A stretch of 64,000 nucleotides of DNA, taken from assembly GCA_964016885.1 (NCBI GenBank), contig OZ024741.1, positions 96,720,001 through 96,784,000 of the forward strand, read 5' to 3'. Source of the stretch: Eledone cirrhosa (taxonomy: Eukaryota). This document shows, one piece after another, positions 37,001 to 48,390 of this stretch (position 1 is the first letter of the stretch; each line of letters opens with the position of its first letter). Position numbers and translations under genes: made by a program. A model generated the notes under the pieces. The model was given only the letters and a program-made list of their open reading frames with translations. It ran no database searches and had not been told where the DNA came from.

Positions 37001-39034
37001 TGTCTATGTCGATCTCACAGATAACAAATTTGTGGTCTGTGTAGTCGACTATTTTAAATTGTGGACAACTTATACTAGCCTTATCTAGTTCTCTGCAGAA
37101 TACCCTATCGAGATACGATCTGGATGACCCGATGCATTTTGTCCATTCCACATTGGCACATTCGGATGATCCAGTCGATACCTGTCAGACAGTTCAAAAC
37201 GTCTGAGCAGGTTGGTGAGGCTCTTGCACCCTCCTCCCCTATCCACCCACTATCCCCACACCATCTCAGCGTGCATCCAAGATACCGTTCCAGTCGCCCT
37301 CTAACACTAAAGAATGGAACGTTCCAAGAAAGGTCTCTAGAGGTCTGAAGACATCTGGCCGTCCTGCCCCAGTCGGGGCGTAGACGGCTACTAGCCTGAA
37401 AGCATTGCCTTCGCTGCCGGTCACGTCCAGTACCACCGACTTACCTTGTGGGTCCAGGAAGATGGCCCATATGGCGAGATCCAAGCCTCTCCGAAAAAGG
37501 ATGGCAACCCCTCCCTCCGATCCTGGACGGCTGGGAGATGCGTATACATCGTAGCCGCCGAAGATCGGTGCGAAGGCTCGCGCCTCGGAGATTCTGGTCT
37601 CGCTGATGGCCACCACATCTATGTTTAGTGACCTGACGTCGTTGAGCAGGAGACCCTGCTTCCAAGATGACCCCAGGCCACGTACATTTATACTGCCTAT
37701 TCTAAGTACGGCCATGTTGGATGAGAAACGGGGCAAGTGAGAAAGGGTCACTTACCTTGATCGTGTGCTGAAGGGACAGTAGAACCATCCCTTTGGCTGA
37801 TCATGGGTGTTTCCAAGCGGATGTCAGTGTATATCCTCTTGGTAACCGAACCTCTGAAGTCTCCAACTGCGTTGGGGAATTTGTGTTTTAAAAGTTTGTA
37901 CTGTTCTATTTTTATATCAATGATGCTTATGTTTGTCGGGAGAGTTCTTGGTGTAGTAGTTTTTTTCTGTGATGACTGTGTGCTGCTTTATATGTTATAT
38001 GAGTTCTTTATTTGCCATGTTTATGGCTGTGTACTTTTTGAGGGGAGGGGTGATTTTGTTGCTGTTTTCTTCTTGTAGCTGTTGGGTGTGTGTGTTTTGT
38101 TGTGTTTGCGTTGTTTGTGTTTTTGGTGGTGTGGTTGTTGTTGGTGGTGGAGCTTGTGGTGGTGATGGTGATGGTGGTGTATTGCTGTAAGTCTCCTTGC
38201 AGCCTTTACCTCTCTTTGTGTGCCATCGCTTTTGGAGTCTGAAGCTAAGGTTTTTTTTTCCTTTTTTGGGATTTTGTGGCAGACCGTTTGCCACTTCACT
38301 CCCGCCTCAGACTGCAAAAGAAGTGGTCCCTTTTTTAGCGGCACCACTATTGCTGCCGCTACTGGTCTTGCTGGTGGTGCTGAGATCGCTGTTACAGGTA
38401 TCGATGTCATTGTTGATGTTTTCGTTTGTGCTGTTGTTGCTGTTGTTGTTGTTTTCGTTGATACTGTTGCTGTTACTGTTATTGTTGTTTTTGTTGATAC
38501 TGTTTCTACTATTATTGTTGTTGTGGCTGTTGTTATTGTCATTGTTATTGTCGTTCTCGACCTTACCGCTGTTATTTTTGTTGTTGCTGTTGTTATTGAT
38601 GGTGTTGTTGTTGGTGTTATTGTTGGTGTTGTTTGTGTTAGAAATATTTGGTAATTTTAAATCTGTAACAATATCATTAAAAATGATATTGTTCCTCTTT
38701 TTCTTCGTCATATTTTTTTATATATTTACATTCGCTAGAACGCTGTATTGTTGATATGTTGACAAAGTCTCCCTCTCTCTGTGTTGCCTGACAGCGCTCT
38801 CTCTCTTTCTTGTGTTATCCATGTTGAAAGACATTTTTTTTCAAATATTTTTACATAATACGACACCCCGTAAAGGGGTCCCTGTATTATTTATGAGTGA
38901 ACCCCCGTATTAGGTGGGTCACTTCTTCTAAACTTTTATCAAGTTTAAATCTTGAATAAACGTTTTAGAACAGTTGAAAACGAGGTAAACTGTTGAAAAA
39001 AACTGGAGGCGATAAGAAGCGTGGCTTCACCTTC
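34055..39034 (-). mobile_element. Tx1/L1-clade LINE #2, decayed, ORF1 internally shortened
   Basis: ORF2 starts MAVLRIGSINVRGL at 37715; SAYADDVT. (ATT)n at both ends. Confidence 0.9.
34355..37715 (-). pseudogene. Tx1 #2 ORF2 (APE-RT-zf), fragmented
   Basis: ORF pieces 37266-37751, 36528-37151, 36071-36370, 35747-36061, 35258-35740 and 34665-34934 are collinear with #1. Confidence 0.85.
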
Positions 39035-39324
39035 AATAATAATAATTATAATGATTTCATTTATTGGCCACAAGGGCCGACATATAGGGGACAATACAAA
39101 AGACTGGGACAGTGGGGTTTTACAGAAAAATCGAGTAAACAATATGAATAAACAAAGTAACAATAACAAAGTAACAATAAAGTAACAAGAAAATTACAAG
39201 AAAAAATTCCCCAATAGGGGAGATGATCACCTAGGGTTCGCTCAGGTACCCTACCAGTCCTGAACGAGCCGACGCTTCGAGAGCACCCTGGAAGCGCACC
39301 CCTCTCCTCTTCAAATTTACCTAC

Positions 39325-42300
39325 CTACAGCGGCATGACCAGAGTAGGCCCACTCACACGGGCCATTCTCGCCACATTCACCCACCTTTCAGCAAATGTA
39401 CTGGGGGGCAGCACTTCTCTCTCCACCCTCACCTTCCTTTCCAAGTGAAACTTGAAAAAGTTGATGAGGGATTGGCCGAAGAGAAAAATGTCTGTCTTCA
39501 GTCCTGTCAACCTCGTCCACCATACAACCTCTTTCGCTACTGCCACCAGACAGAGGAAAGTTGCCTGCCCTTCCTGGCCAAAAGAAGGCGACGGCTCGAT
39601 CTTCACTATGGACTCGGCCGATAGCCGCATCAGTTCTACATGCGACAAAAGCTGTTCAACATAACTCCACAAGTCAGTAATGCACGGACACTGGACGAGT
39701 GCGTGCAGAACGGTTTCGTCGCTCTGCGCGCATCTCGGGCAGGTCCGTCTGACAGCACTTCCGTGCCTGTAGAGTTTATCTCGAACGGGCAGTTGCCCCG
39801 GTAGCGCTGCCAAGCGAGGGATTTTTGGAAATTATCCATCGTCCCCGGCTCGAAAGTCCTCCGGTACAGACTGGTTAGTTCGACTTCGTTGAATCCCAGA
39901 GCCTCTCCGAGTGCCTCGTCGCACTTGCCCACCACTAATCCTCTATAGAACTCGAGAGTGGAAGTTCCACTGACCGCATTGCCCGCCTGGTAGAGGGCAG
40001 TGAGTGCCTGGCAACATTGCAGATGCCAGCCACCCAGTCTCGGTCTCTTCTTGACCCAGGACTGCAACTCAGTCAAAGAAACGAGCTGCGGAAAGGCCCG
40101 TCTGACAAACGGCGACCACACCTGTTCACCTTTAGGCAGAATATCTGGAGATACCACAGCCTCAGCGCGTGTCTGCGCATCATTAGCCACGGCATGCCCA
40201 GCCCTCCACGTAGAGGGTGCTGGCAGCAAATGGAGAGCCTCACCAGCGGAACCTGACCCCTCAACAAGAATTTGAAGAGGAGCCGCTCCAAGATGGCGAG
40301 GCGCGAACGGGGGCAAGGGACGACAGTCAGACGGTAGTAGGTGACGGATGCGATGTACGCGTTCGCCCCCTCCGCCCGACCTTTCAGTGATAGCTTCATC
40401 CCAGCCCATTTCCGGGTGCGACTGATTACCCTGCCCGTCACCTCGTCCCAATTCTTATCCACCTGGAGGTCTGGCCCGAATCAAACCCCTAGCAACTTTA
40501 CCGGTCCGTCCGTCGAGCGCCAAACGACGCTGTTGGACGGCATGGACTTGCCTCTCCAGGTGCCGAGTTGCAAGCCTACTGACTTTTTCGGGTTAAGTTT
40601 TGCTCCCGTCAACCTTTCATATTCCTCCAATAAGTTGCCGACCACTTCGATTTCTGAGGTGTCCGACACCATCACGGTGATGTCGTCCGCATCAGCCGAC
40701 ACAGCCTTTCCGCGTCACGGTTCGAGCCGGATGCCCAACACCAGCTCCAGCTTCCGCAGTAAAGGCTCGAGAGTCAATACGTACAGAAGGGAGGAGAGAG
40801 GGCACCCTTGACAGACCGATCGGGAGACCTGAAACGGTTCCGAGAGGTGGCCATTATTTCTGACCATCGAGCAGGTGCCGCTGTGCAATGCAGCGATCCA
40901 GCTTCTGAAGACGGGGCCGAAGCCAGCGGCCTTGAGGACAGCCTCCAGGTACAGATGGTCGACCCTATCGAATGCTTTCGATTGATCTAAATTGATCAGA
41001 GCCCCACCGAAGCCAGGTTTACACCCTACCCTCTCTATGATGTATCGCATTAGGTGGAGGTTGTCGTGTATGGACCTGGTTGGGGTTGCGCAACTTTGCG
41101 CCTCCCCAACCAAATCCCCGACGACAAGCGCCAACCTCTTCGCTAACACCCTCGCTAAAATCTTAAACTCTGTGTTGAGCAGAGTTATGGGCCTGAAATT
41201 GTCTAGTGTGTCCCTCTTGTTCTTGTCTTTCCTTATCAGCGTCACTACGCCCCTACTCACAGAACTGGGAATACTCCCGTTTTGCTGCCAGTTGGAGTAG
41301 AGGGCTTCGAGGAGATTGGAGAACAAGTCTGGCATATTTACGCAAAGCTCGTAGGGCAGACCATCCAAACCGGGTGACTTGCGCCTCATGCAGCCTACAA
41401 GGGCATCCTGAATCTCGGCTGAAGTAATTGGCCTTTCGCAGCGCCCAGCGTCAGCCGTCGAGAGTTTCGGCAAGCCATCGAGGTAGTGACTGAAGTCCGC
41501 CACCATCTCTGACCCGCCACTTCCCCGAACAACCGAGCAAAATGTTGGCGAAAGGCCTCACACATCCTCTTGGAATCGCTCAGCTCGTGCTCGTCTCGGT
41601 CCGTCAAAGACCGAATCGTGGTTTTATTACCACGCTGCGCCTCTTCCACGCGGGCCCATCGAACAGCTTTGGTTCTCTCGTTTCTCAGAGCGCCTTAGCT
41701 CTGACAATGCAACCTTCGTGTTTCGCATTGAAGAAATGGGCTAATGCCATTCTCGCCGCTAGCACATTAGTTACAATGCCACTACCAATAGCCTCGTCTA
41801 ATTTATCTACCAACTCCCCCTCCTTTCTATTTTTCTCTAATGCTACTTCTTTGCTAAACTCTATCGACATTACTCTAATCTCTCTTTTGAGAGCCCCCAC
41901 CATCTATTGTTGACGATTCCCCCTGTCAACTTTTTCTTAACTAAATTGTTGACCTCGTCCCTGTAAGCCTTACGTGCCGGAAATGACATGTTTAGCTTCC
42001 AGTAACCAGGTCCTAACCTACGCGTCTTATCTAGGTCGACCATACAGATAACAAACTTGTGATCTGAATAGGCGACCGTTTCAAAACGTGGACAGCTTAT
42101 ACTATTTCTGTCTATTTTCCTAATGAATATCCTGTCTATATACGATCTAGATGACCCTATGCGGTTAGCCCAGGTCCACACTGGCGCATTGGGGAAATCT
42201 AGTCGGTACCTGCCAGACAGTTGGAACTGGCTGATCATGTTCTTGAGGCTTTTGCACCCCCCGCTCCTATCGGATACTCCCACACAGTCCCAGCGTACGT

Positions 42301-42757
42301 CTAAGATGCCGTTCCAGTCCCCCGCTAACAGTAAAGGGTGAGACGTATCTAGAAAGGCTTCCAGGCGTCTAAAGATGTCCGGCCGTCCTGCCCCAGTAGG
42401 AGCATAGACGGCCACCAGTCTAAAGGCAGCACCTTCATTATTGTTCACGTCCAGGTCCACCAACTACCCGTCCGGGTCCCGGAAGATCGATCGACCTTAC
42501 CTCGAGATCCAGCCCCTTCCTAAACAGCACTGCCCCTCCCCACCCCACCCCCGCCTCCCATTCACGGCCGGCTAACAGATGCAAAGATCTGATAGTCGTC
42601 GAAAATGGGGGTTAGTCTGCGTGTGTCGGAAATCCTGGACTCGGTGACTGCAATTACATCCATTTCTATAGACCTGAGGTCGTTGAGCAGGTGATCCTGC
42701 TTCCATGACGATCCCAAGCCTCGAACATTTAAAACATCCTACTCTTAATACGGCCAT
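39325..42757 (-). pseudogene. Tx1 #3 ORF2 (APE-RT-zf), fragmented
   Basis: VAVYAP, GDWN, YSDH, GYWKLN, KSPGLDGLP, LDQSKAFDRV, QGCPLS, ADDIT, CPRC..HALVQC. Confidence 0.85.
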
Positions 42758-42792
42758 GTTGGCAGGTTAAAAATAGAGAGAGGAAGGTTTAC

Positions 42793-44764
42793 TTACCTTC
42801 CGCGCTTTTGTGAAGGTCGGGTTGTTCGACCTCCATAGTTAGTGGGGTTTCTGTTGGGAACCCCTTTAAAAATCTTGAAGTGGGTTTTACGTTCGGGGTT
42901 CCCACATCCCAAGGAAAGCTGTTTCGTATTTCTTTGAACATGTCGAGCGACATTCGCACCAGAACCAAATCTACGGCACGCGAAATGTGCTCGATTTAAA
43001 AATTTCCCCCTCTTTTTGTATATTTTCACTTCGTGCTACGAGGGCCATCAGTTCCTTGTTGACCGTCCTGACGAGCACGATGTTTTGTATGTTTTGTTGG
43101 TGTGATTTTATTTGTTTGCGTGGTTGTGGTGGTGATGGTTTTGGTGGTGTTGTTTCGGTTGTGTCTGTGTTTGTTGTGAGTGTGGTGTCTGTGGTTTCAG
43201 ATGTTTGTTTGTATATTTGTTCTTGCGTCTGTTTCGGTTGTTTGCGTTTGGGGGATTGTGGTGATGGTGATGGTGGTGTTGATGTTGGTGTTATTGGAGA
43301 GATGTTTGCGTGGGTGGTGTCTGCGTTTTTTATTGTGGGTGCTTTTGTGCTTTGTTGATTTTTTTTTTTTACTTTTTGTGTTTCCTTTTTTGTATTTTGG
43401 GGGATTTTAGATTTCCCTCATTTTCACTACTGGTAGATGAGGGGTCTGTGTCTGTAAGTGTGTCTGTATGTATGTTTAAGGTTTTATTGGTGTGTGTATT
43501 TTTTTTGGGGGGGGGGGGATTTGACAGCTTTCCTCGTTTACCCCCTGGGTGGTCAATGTTGGTGATGGTCTTTCTATTGGTGTTGTTGTTGGTGGTTTTG
43601 CCTGTGCTGGTGTTGGTTGTGGTCCTCGCCCCGGCGTCGGCAGCAGTGGAGCCTTTCGACCCCTTACCTCTTTCAGCAGTTGAGGGCAGAAGGCTCGCAA
43701 ATGGGTTTTTTCCCCACAAACAAAACACTGCGGCCTTTTGCCTTCGGCCAAAATGTGAATGACAGTCCCATTCTGAAGTCGGATGTGGTCTGGGATTGTC
43801 TTCACATTCTTGGGCCTGATCTGGAGAAGGATCTCCAGGTCAACCCCGGACCAGTCCTCTCTGGCCGTTCTGGTCACTTCTATAGGGACTGTATCCGTCC
43901 CCTCCACAATCACACATCCCAGAAGCCACCACAGTTCAAGTCCTGGTGGGATTCTGGGAATGCGGAGACGGGCCGTTCTTTTTCCCATGTGCTAGGTGTA
44001 CATTATGACCTTGCTGGTTTTGCAAGGAGTCATAGCGTGTTTCATAGCGAGGGCTTCTGACTTGAACAACACCGAAATGGTGCCGTACTGTCTGCCCCTC
44101 TCTATGTACTGGGTGTCTTCTCTGATGCACCTCAGCGCTACTTCGACATCTTCTTGTGGGATTAACACTGCCCTTTTGGTTTGTGCTGAGATGCATCTAT
44201 AATGCACCGTTTTGCGCTCCACTGCCTCAATAGCTTCTACCGGGACAGTTATGTTGGCCCAAGTTTGCTGTTGCTTGATGAGCTTCCATGCCTGGGCCAA
44301 CTTTTCATCTTTGTTTGAGAGGTCCATGTTGAAGCATGGCCTCTTTTTTGCTGCTGCCGCAGCGAAAGTGGTCTTGTTTTCATTGGGGGTGTTGTTGACG
44401 TTGTTCTTGTTGGTGTTGTTGTTAGCACTGTCGCTGCTATCATTGTTGTCTTTGTTGCCACCGTTGTTCTCGGTGCAGTTGGTATTGTTGCTGTTGGTGT
44501 TGTCGCTATTTGTTTTCATGTTAGTGGTGTTGAAATTGTTGTTGTATTTGTTATTTTTTTTTTTGTTATCTGTATTTTCGCTATCGCTGTTACTGTCATT
44601 TTTCAAAATTAGAGTTCTTATTGGTATCATTGGTGTCTTTGTTTACCTAGTTTGTGGTGGTGTTTGTGTTATCAATGTGTTACTTTCGCTGTAGCGCTCC
44701 TCTCAACTTCTACGTCGTTGTCGCACGACAGCCGACATATCGCTGGGGGGCGTGGCTCAGCCAT
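42793..44764 (-). pseudogene. Tx1 #3 ORF1 (Asn-rich N-terminus, central domain, CCHC zinc knuckle)
   Basis: MAEPRP start, 43992-44630 and 43476-43988 ORFs, CFVCGEKTHLRAFC. Confidence 0.75.
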
Positions 44765-45351
44765 GTTTTTTTTTCTTCGTAAATTTTTTAACATGTAAAA
44801 AAAAATTCAAATATTTGGGCCAAAAAGCCCAAATATTATACTTTACCCTTAATGGGGCAAAGTCTAAGGACTTATATCCCTTACACAACAAAAAATATTT
44901 AACAACAAATAATTTTAACAGGCAAATAAAGCGACTTACTGTGAGCGAGCAAAATACGTCTGCTTAGACCAATAATAATAATAATAATAAGTAACGACGA
45001 ATATCTGAGAGTTACCATAGGAGTTTAATATTCCAAAGTCTTTCGGATTAACCCTCCATTATCAAGTAGGGTGATCTTCAGAGAAAATAACCAAGATTTT
45101 TTGGCCGAAGATCCACGAAACCAATCGATAACGGATAGTTAATCTGAAAGATTAGGGGAATACTATATTGCTAAAGTAACTCTTAGTTATTCGTCCTTTT
45201 TTTCACTTTTATTATATTTTTTGTGTGCTTACTCTCTCAATTCCCCGCTGACTATTACATTGCCAATCCAACTCACTTGCATTGCACAACTTCTAAACGG
45301 ACTTTTTAGTTTCACACTCTAAGATACTTCACCCAAATTATCACACCATGC

Positions 45352-45385
<34 letters not shown>

Positions 45386-45639
45386 ATGTGTGTGTGTGTG
45401 TGTGTTGGCATATATATATATATATATACACACTTATTGGTGGGTTTGATGGACATGGGGCGAGTAAAGTAGGATTAAGTTTAAAGGGTAGGGTGTAAGG
45501 ATGATGGATAACGGGTAGAAATATAAACACTAAAGGACGAAAAGGTAAAATATATATTATATTAAAATGGTAACAAAAAGAAAAGTAAAAGGAAACGTGG
45601 GGTAATAAGTCTTACAAAAATAAAAATAAATACTGTATA

Positions 45640-45830
45640 TAATAATTGTTTCTACATTTGGCACAAGGCCAGCAATTACCCAGTGTATTACTTGTACTTT
45701 ATTTTATCGACCCCGTAAGGATGAAAGGCAAAGTAAACCTCGGCGGGATTTGAACTCAGACCGTAAAGGGACGTAACTATGCTGGAAAGCATGGTGTCCG
45801 ACTCTCTACCGATACTGCCAATCCACCGCT
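45640..45830 (-). mobile_element. SINE family A, full-length
   Basis: Matches 1262-1453. The head abuts the (ATT)n tail of Tx1 #4. Confidence 0.85.
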
Positions 45831-45840
45831 ATAATAATAA

Positions 45841-46336
45841 TTTCTTTAATGGCCACAAGGACCTTCATATAGGGAACAATACAACAGACAGAGGCAGTGT
45901 GTGTTTACATATATAAAGTGTACAAAATATATATAACAGTAACACAATAACAATAAAAGTATAACAAATTACAATCCCCAGTAGGGGCGATAACCACCCA
46001 TGGGTGACTTAGGTACCCGACTAAATGAACTATCCGACGCTTCGAGGGGACGCTGGATGACATTCCTCTCCTCTTCAAATTAACTAGCCTTCAGGCCCAT
46101 GCTCAAGGTAAGCCCTTTCATATGGGCCCTTCTTGACACATTCATCTAGCTTTCAGCAAATGTACTGAGAGGGGGAAGGTCTTCTAGCCCCCTCCCACAC
46201 TTTACTTTCCAAGTGAAACTTGAAATAATTGATGAGGGATTAACCGATGGGAAAAGTCTCTGTCTTCAGTCCTTTCAACCTAGTCCACCATACAAGCTAT
46301 TTCGCTACTGCCCTCGGACAGGAATATGACCTGCCT
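45841..46336 (-). mobile_element. Tx1 #4, 5'-truncated 3' fragment (closest to #3)
   Basis: Homologous to 39053-39570, covering the 3'UTR and ORF2 C-terminus. Confidence 0.8.
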
Positions 46337-46573
46337 TCAGCGGCGGCAGCAGAAGCAGATGCAGCTGCAGCAGCAGTCGAGGTACAAGTAGCAGCAGTGG
46401 GAGCAACAACAACGGTCAAAGAGCAGTGACATCCGAAACATTGTATCCTGAGCTGATCGATATCGAAATAAATGCAATATGCAAATAAAATGTGTACATA
46501 TAGTGCAACAATAACTTCGACTCTGATAAATCTCTTTCGCTCTCTCTCTCTCCTTTCCCTTCCTCTCTATGTC

Positions 46574-46605
<32 letters not shown>

Positions 46606-46629
46606 ACAAAGAGGGTGTAGTAAGATACC

Positions 46630-46695
<66 letters not shown>

Positions 46696-48199
46696 CAAAG
46701 AGGGTGTAGTAAGATACCAGGTGGACCATAACGTACCAGAGTACTCGACGCTTGGGGTAGTAGAGTGGGTAATATGAAAAGATTTAGGGACTCGACGGCT
46801 AAGTTCTGGCCGTTTCCATATATATATATCGTCTCACTCAACATATGGCTACCCAGACTAAAACTAGGCTATGTTTGACAGTGATGATTTGAACCTCCTT
46901 GTGGATAAGAGATACGGCTACCAACGACAATCATGCGATATGAATAGAGTTATACAAATGGAGATTTCTAAACAGTTATCCAAATAAGCTAATATTTGAT
47001 GCCCGTAAGGTGTCAGGAAAAGTTAGTCTTGGGGGTTCTCTGGTTGTGCATTATAGAACAGAATCATGGTTTGAATCATATATATATATACAAGAAAGTA
47101 TTTCACCAATATATATAAACTTTGCCGAAGTTTATATTTTTTCTTGGTGCTATACTTGCTTATATGATACACCCGGTGATATGATTTCTTCTGGACCTAT
47201 ATACATTATTCCTCTGCTTGGATAGTTATACTATACGATTCAAAGAATACCGTCGAGTGAACTTCTCTGGTAAGCAGTTATGTTGTTTAAGCATTCAGTT
47301 TGATATACATTATCAAAACCTAATCTACACTCACACTATACGTATATGCAAATAAATTGTCCATATATATTTATATATGAGCTCAAAGTGCATTAGTTCG
47401 TATGTCAGAAACGATTGTTTTTATGACGTTTCCAAAAAAAGGAAGAAACTCTGATGGTTATTAAGAGATTATCTTTCCAAAAATGTATATCTTACTGTAT
47501 ATATTTTTCCCTAAAAAGAAATGTTTTGTTTGATATGGTTATTCACCTCCGTGCTTAGGTGTCAATCAAAATGAATGATAATATGATTACCTAGTGATAC
47601 CTTCACATAATTTTGTATGTCTAATCAAAAAGATGTTTAACGCTAGTTTCTGATAATTTTTTCTTTACCAGAAGAAATACCTCAGAATGTAATGGATCCC
47701 TTTTTGATGAAATCCGATTAACATGAGGAAGTCTTGAGAAAATAACAGAAATATTATGTTTATCCTACTTAATGTAATCAACAAATATATTTAAATATAT
47801 GCGAAGAATAGATGAAGGACACAGTAGTTCGATTACTAATATATATATATATAAAATGAAACAGTATGTCAATGAGAAATATTTATATAAAATGAAGTAC
47901 AGTAGTTAACTCTGGAAATGAAAATAGTTTGATATGAGGCTGCATCTAGAAGTCAATAGCTAACACTCTGTCACGTTCTCTCTAAGACGAATAAGATAAA
48001 TAATATATTCAACCCAATGTGTTCTCCACGCAGTGAGGATCAGTTACAACACTTATAAAAATCGACTATTGTATTACCTGATATAATTCCTGACTCGTAT
48101 TTCTAGATAGGAATTCATATTTGCTAAAGTGTCTGGCTAGATGTAATTATAAAGTGATTTTTTCCTAAATTGCCTTTAACTTTTCAAAGGATTAACGTA

Positions 48200-48390
48200 T
48201 TGTATTGGTAGTTTTGGTAAGGCGTCAATCTGCTTTGCGGCATATAGTTATGGCCCTTTACCAACTGAGATCAAATCCCACCGAGGTTAGCTTTGCAAGT
48301 TCGATTAAATAAAATACATGCTCTGCGCTGAGGTAGATTTATCCGACCCTTCCCCTCCTTTCAAATTGCTGCCCTTGTGCCAAATATAGA
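48200..48390 (+). mobile_element. Degenerate SINE family A copy
   Basis: GCATATAGTTATGGCCCTTTAC..GAGATCAAATCCCACCGAGGTTAGC...CCCTTGTGCCAAATATAGA. Confidence 0.6.

Larger units (their letters stand above)
39053..44970 (-). mobile_element. Tx1/L1-clade LINE #3, full-length, decayed
   Basis: ORF1 with CCHC knuckle plus ORF2. (ATT)n at both ends. Confidence 0.9.

Noticed and set aside
45030-45090. Minus-strand CTGAAGA...GAAA hammerhead candidate (also 10335-10380)
   Set aside because: Stems I/III or the GAAA core are not adequately formed.
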